NCBI GenBank assembly: GCA_031416075.1
Contig: JANOSY010000085.1
Location: 1 to 64,000 of the forward strand
Direction: 5' to 3'
DNA from: Candidatus Tenderia sp.
Lineage (GTDB): Bacteria; Pseudomonadota; Gammaproteobacteria; Tenderiales; Tenderiaceae
Length of the DNA stretch: 64,000 nt
Under the pieces are notes generated by a model. That model saw nothing but the letters and a program-made list of their open reading frames with translations, did not search any database and was not told the origin of the DNA. Position numbers and translations under genes: made by a program. Position 1 is the stretch's first letter; every line of letters starts with the position of its first letter. Of this stretch, positions 58,476 to 64,000 are shown piece after piece.

Positions 58476-60761
58476 ATGAATAAACGACCTGGTTTTTACT
58501 GGACTCCCCTTCTTGCGGCGCTGCTTGTCAATCAGGCATGGGCTGTAGAGCCGTTTACTATTAAAAGCATTGAGGTGGAAGGTGTTCAACGTATTAGTGA
58601 AGGAACCCTTTTCAACTATTTGCCACTTCAGACGGGCGACCAGTTTAATGACTTTAAGTCTCAGCAGGCATTAGCGGCACTCTATAAGACCGGGTTTTTT
58701 AACAACATTGAAATCTATCATGATGATGACAAGCTCATCATTAAGGTGGAAGAGCGCCCCTCAATTGCAAAAATTCTGATTGAAGGGAATAGCGAGCTAT
58801 CAACAGACGATTTAAAAACCGGGTTGAAGAGCGCCGGGCTTGCCGAAGGGAAAGTCTTTGACCGTTCGCTGCTTGATAGAATTAAACTGGATCTGCAACG
58901 ACAATATTTTGTGCGTGGTTACTATGCGGTTGAAATCGAAACAGAGGTGACACCTCTGCAGGACAACCGGGCTGATTTAAAAATCAAGATTCGCGAAGGT
59001 GAAGTTGCTACCATTAAACAGATCAATCTTGTGGGGAACCGTCGTTTTGGCGAGGATGAACTGCTGGATCAGTTTGAGTTAGGCGTCCCACCTTTTTATG
59101 CCTTTTTTAGCAACCGTGATCAGTATTCAAAACAGAAGCTGGCGGCGGATATGGAGACTTTACGCTCCTGGTATCTTGATCGTGGTTATATTAATTTTAA
59201 TATTGAATCATCCCAGGTGTCGATTACGCCAGATAAAAACTCGGTTTTTATTACCATCAATCTTCGTGAGGGTGAGCCGTTTACGTTGCGTGAAATAGGA
59301 CTCTCCGGTGAACTTATTGTGTCTGAGAAAGAGCTGCGTGACATGGTCACGGTTGTGCCAGGAGATACCTTCTCGCGGCGTACGGTAACGGATATTACGA
59401 CTGCAATTACCGAGCGTTTAGGTGAAGAGGGCTACGCCTTTGCCAATGTGAATGCGGTGCCTGAAATTAATGAGGTTACAAAGGAGATTGAGCTGACTTT
59501 TTTTGTTGACCCAGGCAAGCGAGTCTATGTGCGTCATATCAATATCAGTGGTAATCAAAAGACCGAGGATGAGGTGATTCGCCGTGAGTTCAGGCAGATG
59601 GAAGGGGCTTGGCTCTCTACCAGTAAACTTAATCGTTCTCGGGTACGTGTACAACGGTTGAGTTATGTCGATCAGGTGACCCTTGATACACCCTCAGTTC
59701 CCGGTAGTGATGATCAGGTGGATGTTAATTTATCTATGAATGAGCGCCCCTCCGGGTCGTTGATGGTGGGTATTGGTTATTCGGGTGGTGATGGCATGTT
59801 GCTGAATGGCAGTGTGAGTCAGGAAAACTTTCTCGGTACCGGTAAACGGGTGAGTACAGAGGTTAACTCCAGTAAGGTTAATACTGTGTATAAACTCTCT
59901 CATACTGATCCCTATTTTACCTTGGATGGTGTGAGCCAGAGTATTGGGCTTACATATCGGCAGACCGACGCGGCAAAGGCCAACCTGGCGAGTTATGTTG
60001 CCGATGTCTGGGGTGGTTCGTTGAGCTATGGGATTCCGCTGACAGAGTACAATACTGCCCGAGTCGGATTGGAGTTTGAGTCCACCGAGATTAAGGTGAA
60101 TGATACGACGCCCACGGCGTATAAAGATTACTTACTTGCCAACAGTGATAAGTTCAATGTGCTTAAGCTATCACTTGGCTGGAGTCATGACACTCGTAAT
60201 AGAACGGTGTTTGCCAGTGAAGGGGTGATGCAGTCGCTGTTTGCTGAGGCTACCACCCCGAATAGTGACCTGAACTTTTATAAGTTATCATCCAGTACCC
60301 GCTGGCTCTACCCGCTGAGCAAGAAACTGACGGCCTCTTTAGATGGGGAAGTGGGGTTCAGTGATAGTTTTAAAAGCACAACGGATGTACCATTTTTTGA
60401 AAAATATTCGGCAGGCGGGGCACAGTCTGTACGGGGTTACCGCGCAAATTCTTTAGGCCCCAAAGACGGCACGGTCAGTTTGGGCGGTAATTTCCGTGTG
60501 ACAGGTACGGCAGAGGTTATTTTTCCGCCACCGTTCTCACCGGATAGCAGTACCGTGCGGATGAGTCTGTTTTGGGATGTTGGAAATGTGTTTGCTGATA
60601 TCGATAGCTTTGATCGGGCTCAGTTACGTCAGTCGGCGGGTGTCTCACTGATCTGGTTGTCACCCGTGGGACCGCTTGCATTTAGCTGGTCACAACCGTT
60701 GAACAACAAACCAGCCGACAGAATTGAAAAGTTCCAGTTTACACTGGGATCATTTTTTTAG
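58476..60761 (+). CDS. bamA: Outer membrane protein assembly factor BamA
   Basis: POTRA repeats, VRGY motif, C-terminal FQFTLGSFF. Confidence 0.98.
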   Translation: MNKRPGFYWTPLLAALLVNQAWAVEPFTIKSIEVEGVQRISEGTLFNYLPLQTGDQFNDFKSQQALAALYKTGFFNNIEIYHDDDKLIIKVEERPSIAKILIEGNSELSTDDLKTGLKSAGLAEGKVFDRSLLDRIKLDLQRQYFVRGYYAVEIETEVTPLQDNRADLKIKIREGEVATIKQINLVGNRRFGEDELLDQFELGVPPFYAFFSNRDQYSKQKLAADMETLRSWYLDRGYINFNIESSQVSITPDKNSVFITINLREGEPFTLREIGLSGELIVSEKELRDMVTVVPGDTFSRRTVTDITTAITERLGEEGYAFANVNAVPEINEVTKEIELTFFVDPGKRVYVRHINISGNQKTEDEVIRREFRQMEGAWLSTSKLNRSRVRVQRLSYVDQVTLDTPSVPGSDDQVDVNLSMNERPSGSLMVGIGYSGGDGMLLNGSVSQENFLGTGKRVSTEVNSSKVNTVYKLSHTDPYFTLDGVSQSIGLTYRQTDAAKANLASYVADVWGGSLSYGIPLTEYNTARVGLEFESTEIKVNDTTPTAYKDYLLANSDKFNVLKLSLGWSHDTRNRTVFASEGVMQSLFAEATTPNSDLNFYKLSSSTRWLYPLSKKLTASLDGEVGFSDSFKSTTDVPFFEKYSAGGAQSVRGYRANSLGPKDGTVSLGGNFRVTGTAEVIFPPPFSPDSSTVRMSLFWDVGNVFADIDSFDRAQLRQSAGVSLIWLSPVGPLAFSWSQPLNNKPADRIEKFQFTLGSFF

Positions 60762-60772
60762 TAGAGGAGGGT

Positions 60773-61285
60773 ATGCGTTTGAAAAAATGGGTCATAAGTA
60801 TGATGGTAGCGGCTGGGTTGATACTTCCGGCGCTGGTGGCGGCTAAAGATGAGATAAAGATCGGTTTTGTGGATGGCACACGTCTGTCCCAGGAGGCGCC
60901 TCAGGCTAAACTTGCCTCTGATCGCCTTGCTAAAGAGTTTGAGCCGCGTAAAAATGACATTGTAAAAGCGCAGGACCAGATGCGTGAGCGTGAGGAGCGC
61001 TTTGTAAAAGATAGCGCCTTTATGAGCGCGGCAGACAAACAGAAAAAAGAGCGTGAACTGGCCGGTGCCCAACGTGATTTAAGGACGAAACAGAATGAGT
61101 TTCAGGAAGACCTGACCATTCGCCGCAATGACGAGTTGGCCAAGGTGATGGACTCTCTGCGTAGTACGATTCAGGAGTATGGCAAAGCTGAGGGTTATGA
61201 CCTGATTCTGTTTGAAGGGGTCTCATACGCCAGTGATCGGGTGAATTTGACCGATGCCATTCTGAAAAAACTGAAGGCAAAATAA
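60773..61285 (+). CDS. skp: OmpH/Skp periplasmic chaperone
   Basis: Signal peptide, KIGFVD, coiled coil, GYDLIL; between bamA and lpxD. Confidence 0.93.
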   Translation: MRLKKWVISMMVAAGLILPALVAAKDEIKIGFVDGTRLSQEAPQAKLASDRLAKEFEPRKNDIVKAQDQMREREERFVKDSAFMSAADKQKKERELAGAQRDLRTKQNEFQEDLTIRRNDELAKVMDSLRSTIQEYGKAEGYDLILFEGVSYASDRVNLTDAILKKLKAK

Positions 61286-61295
61286 AGCGGGCAGT

Positions 61296-62315
61296 ATGGG
61301 AGTAACCCTGAAAAAACTGGCTCGTGAAATCGGGTGTGAATTACATGGTGATTCAGACTGTATAGTCTCGGCCGTGGGTACGTTGCAAAATGCCGGTATT
61401 GGTCAGGTCTCATTTTTGGCCAATGCCAAATATCGCCACTATCTGAAAACAACACAGGCCAGCGCGGTGATTGTCTGGCCTCAGGATCTGCCGTTATCCA
61501 GAACAAATGCCCTAGTGAGCAACAATCCTTACCTGGCATTTGCTAAGGCTGCACGATTGTTAAACCCTGAACCGCAGGTGGTGGCGGGAGTACATGCGAC
61601 TGCGGTAGTTGAAGAGGACGCAGTGGTTGATCCGACGGCCAGTATTGGTGCCCACTGTTACATTGGCGCAGGCAGTTTAATTGGTGCCGGTGCAGTGATT
61701 GGGCCAGGCTGTGTTGTTGAGCATGGTGTTAGTATGGGCGCTAATAGTCGGTTGGTTGCCAGGGTTACTCTTTGTCACGATGTGTGTATTGGCGCTAATG
61801 TGCTGATTCATCCTGGTGTTGTAGTGGGTGGTGACGGTTTTGGCATTGCTAATGACGGGGGGCATTGGATTAAAGTGCCACAGCTGGGTAGTGTGGTGAT
61901 TGGTGATGATGTTGAGATTGGTGCCAACACTACCATTGACCGTGGGGCACTGGAAGATACGGTGATCGAAGAGGGTGTGAAGCTGGATAACCAGATTCAG
62001 GTGGCGCATAACGTACATATCGGCGCGCATACTGCGATTGCAGGGTGCGCGGCGATTGCAGGCAGCACCACGATTGGCAAACGTTGCCAGATTGGCGGGG
62101 CGGTTGGCATAGTGGGACACCTCTTTATTGCAGATGACGTTCACATCACCGCGATGTCTCTGGTGACGGGTAACATTACCCATGCCGGTGTTTTTTCATC
62201 AGGGATTGCTGCTCAGCCACGTAGTGAGTGGGTTAGAAATGCGGCGAGAGTCAGACAGCTGAATGAGATTGCTCAGCGTCTTCGGGGGCTAGAGAAGCGG
62301 CTGGATGAAGAATAG
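61296..62315 (+). CDS. lpxD: UDP-3-O-acylglucosamine N-acyltransferase
   Basis: Hexapeptide repeats, [28 protein letters not shown]. Confidence 0.98.
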   Translation: MGVTLKKLAREIGCELHGDSDCIVSAVGTLQNAGIGQVSFLANAKYRHYLKTTQASAVIVWPQDLPLSRTNALVSNNPYLAFAKAARLLNPEPQVVAGVHATAVVEEDAVVDPTASIGAHCYIGAGSLIGAGAVIGPGCVVEHGVSMGANSRLVARVTLCHDVCIGANVLIHPGVVVGGDGFGIANDGGHWIKVPQLGSVVIGDDVEIGANTTIDRGALEDTVIEEGVKLDNQIQVAHNVHIGAHTAIAGCAAIAGSTTIGKRCQIGGAVGIVGHLFIADDVHITAMSLVTGNITHAGVFSSGIAAQPRSEWVRNAARVRQLNEIAQRLRGLEKRLDEE

Positions 62316-62335
62316 GTTACTTTGGGAACGGTGTT

Positions 62336-62800
62336 ATGGATGAAGTCACAAATACATTAAGCACGATGGATATTTATGAGGTGCTTGAGCATCTGCCGCA
62401 CCGTTATCCGTTTCTGCTGGTTGACCGGGTGATCGACTATAAGGTGGGCGAATACCTGACCGCGATCAAAAACGTCAGTTATAACGAACCCTATTTTCAA
62501 GGCCACTTTCCTCACCGTCCAGTGATGCCAGGTGTGTTGATTCTTGAGGCATTGGCCCAGGCCACTGGAATATTAGCGTTTAAAACGACGGGGTCTAAGC
62601 CCACAGCCAAGTCGCTCTACTATTTTGTGGGGGTTGATGGTGCCCGCTTTAAACAGCCAGTGGAGCCGGGTGATCAACTGCTGCTTGAGGTTAAAGTGGT
62701 AAAAACCATGCGTGGAGTTTGGAAGTTTGATTGTGAGGCCAAGGTGGATGGCAAGGTCGTTACTAGTGCAGAGTTGATGTGTGCAGAGAGGGAAGTTTGA
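62336..62800 (+). CDS. fabZ: 3-hydroxyacyl-ACP dehydratase
   Basis: [31 protein letters not shown]. Confidence 0.98.
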   Translation: MDEVTNTLSTMDIYEVLEHLPHRYPFLLVDRVIDYKVGEYLTAIKNVSYNEPYFQGHFPHRPVMPGVLILEALAQATGILAFKTTGSKPTAKSLYYFVGVDGARFKQPVEPGDQLLLEVKVVKTMRGVWKFDCEAKVDGKVVTSAELMCAEREV

Positions 62801-62802
62801 CT

Positions 62803-63585
62803 GTGATTGATTCTATTATCGACCCCAGAGCAGTCATCGACCCCACTGCACGGATTGCTGCTGGGGTGACTATCTCCCCATACGCTATTATCGGTGCTGA
62901 TGTTGAGATTGGTGAGGGTAGCTGGGTAGGCCCGCATGTTGTGATCAACGGCCCTTGCCGCATTGGTAAAGAGAATAAAATCTTCCAGTTTTCATCCATC
63001 GGCGAAGCGCCACAAGACAAAAAATATAAAGGTGAGCCGACGCTGCTGGAGATTGGTGACCGTAATGTTATCCGTGAATATTGCACGTTCAACCGTGGCA
63101 CCGTGCAGGATAAGGGGACGACCAAGATTGGGAATGACAACTGGATTATGGCCTATGTGCACATCGCCCATGATTGTGTGGTGGGTGACAATACCATTTT
63201 TGCTAACAATACAACGCTGGCCGGTCATGTCACGATTGAGGATCATGTGACTTTGGGCGGTGCAAGTTTGATCCACCAGTTTTGTGTGGTGGGTGCCCAT
63301 AGTTTTGTCGGCATGGGGAGCGCCATCGCTAAGGATGTGCCGCCTTTTTTGATGGTCTCTGGCCAGCCTGCCAAACCACATGGTTTGAATGTAGAAGGGT
63401 TGCGTCGTCGTGGTTTTAGTCCGGAAATGATTAAGCTGCTGCGTCAGGCATATAAGATAGTCTATCGTTCTGGCCATACAGTGGCCCAGGCATTGGAGAT
63501 GCTTAAACCACTGATGTCGGAGTCGGAACAGGTGGTGCAATTTGCCTGTTTTGTGCGTGATTCCGGGCGTGGTATTGTGCGTTAG
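62803..63585 (+). CDS. lpxA: UDP-N-acetylglucosamine O-acyltransferase
   Basis: PQDKKYKGE, IREY.T..RGT, HIAHDC, LAGHV, GLN.EGLRRRGF; start approximate (GTG 62803). Confidence 0.97.
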   Translation: MIDSIIDPRAVIDPTARIAAGVTISPYAIIGADVEIGEGSWVGPHVVINGPCRIGKENKIFQFSSIGEAPQDKKYKGEPTLLEIGDRNVIREYCTFNRGTVQDKGTTKIGNDNWIMAYVHIAHDCVVGDNTIFANNTTLAGHVTIEDHVTLGGASLIHQFCVVGAHSFVGMGSAIAKDVPPFLMVSGQPAKPHGLNVEGLRRRGFSPEMIKLLRQAYKIVYRSGHTVAQALEMLKPLMSESEQVVQFACFVRDSGRGIVR

Positions 63586-63660
63586 TCAGGTGTTGCTGCT
63601 GTGATTAGGGGGCAGGGCCGTTGGTCATGCCCCTTTGTTTTGTGTGGGGTAAGGGTTGAT

Positions 63661-64000
63661 ATGAAAATCGGAATCATTGCTGGAGAGGCGTCAGGGGATC
63701 TGTTGGCAGCCGCTCTGATTGATGCGATTAAAGCGCGTTATCCTGATGCTGAATTTGAAGGGATTGCAGGGCCAGCCATGGTGAAGGCTGGTTGTCAGGC
63801 TCTTCACCCGGCTGAGAAGTTGGCTGTGATGGGGTTTGAGGCGCTAGCTCACTACCGTGAACTTAAGGGCGTTCAGAACGAGATGGTAGCCCACTTTTCT
63901 GCCAACCCCCCGGATGTTTTTATTGGTGTTGATGCCCCTGATTTTAACTTAACCATTGCGCGCAAGTTGAAGGCACAGGGGATAAAAGCGGTTCATTATG
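63661..64000 (+). CDS. lpxB: Lipid-A-disaccharide synthase (runs off the window end)
   Basis: MKIGIIAGEASGDLL...FEGIAGP.M...GVDAPDFN; follows lpxA. Confidence 0.96.
   Translation, partial: MKIGIIAGEASGDLLAAALIDAIKARYPDAEFEGIAGPAMVKAGCQALHPAEKLAVMGFEALAHYRELKGVQNEMVAHFSANPPDVFIGVDAPDFNLTIARKLKAQGIKAVHY

Overview
Chromosomal window from a gammaproteobacterium (inferred from the glnD-map/rpsB-tsf-pyrH-frr-uppS-cdsA-dxr-rseP-bamA-skp-lpxD-fabZ-lpxA-lpxB gene order). The left 14 kb holds OmpA, murI, a DUF853 ATPase, a divergent cytochrome c peroxidase/catalase pair, and a PhnD-like binding protein/kinase/receiver/REC-GGDEF-EAL operon. Positions ~14.5-45.6 kb form one minus-strand, GC-rich, Afp/PVC-like contractile injection system (CIS) locus. 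It encodes a DUF4255 cap, two sheaths, two tubes, an Afp7-like protein, a split VgrG, gp25, baseplate J, a baseplate wedge, a tape measure, an AAA+ ATPase and a DUF4157 protein. Unusual features of the locus: (1) a low-GC Tse2/Tsi2-like toxin-immunity pair inside the spike-baseplate region; (2) a spike-coupled protein with a C-terminal membrane segment, with no recognisable PAAR or lysis gene; (3) three tandem paralogous fibre-like genes, one with a ~290-residue coiled coil; (4) an HNH motif in the DUF4157 protein; (5) a DUF559 nuclease gene followed by a 5x72-bp array between 36-bp inverted palindromic repeats, open as an ORF with ATGA overlaps at both ends; (6) a GTAG-type REP doublet inserted in frame in the tape-measure gene. 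All family calls come from motif recognition by eye; no database search was run.
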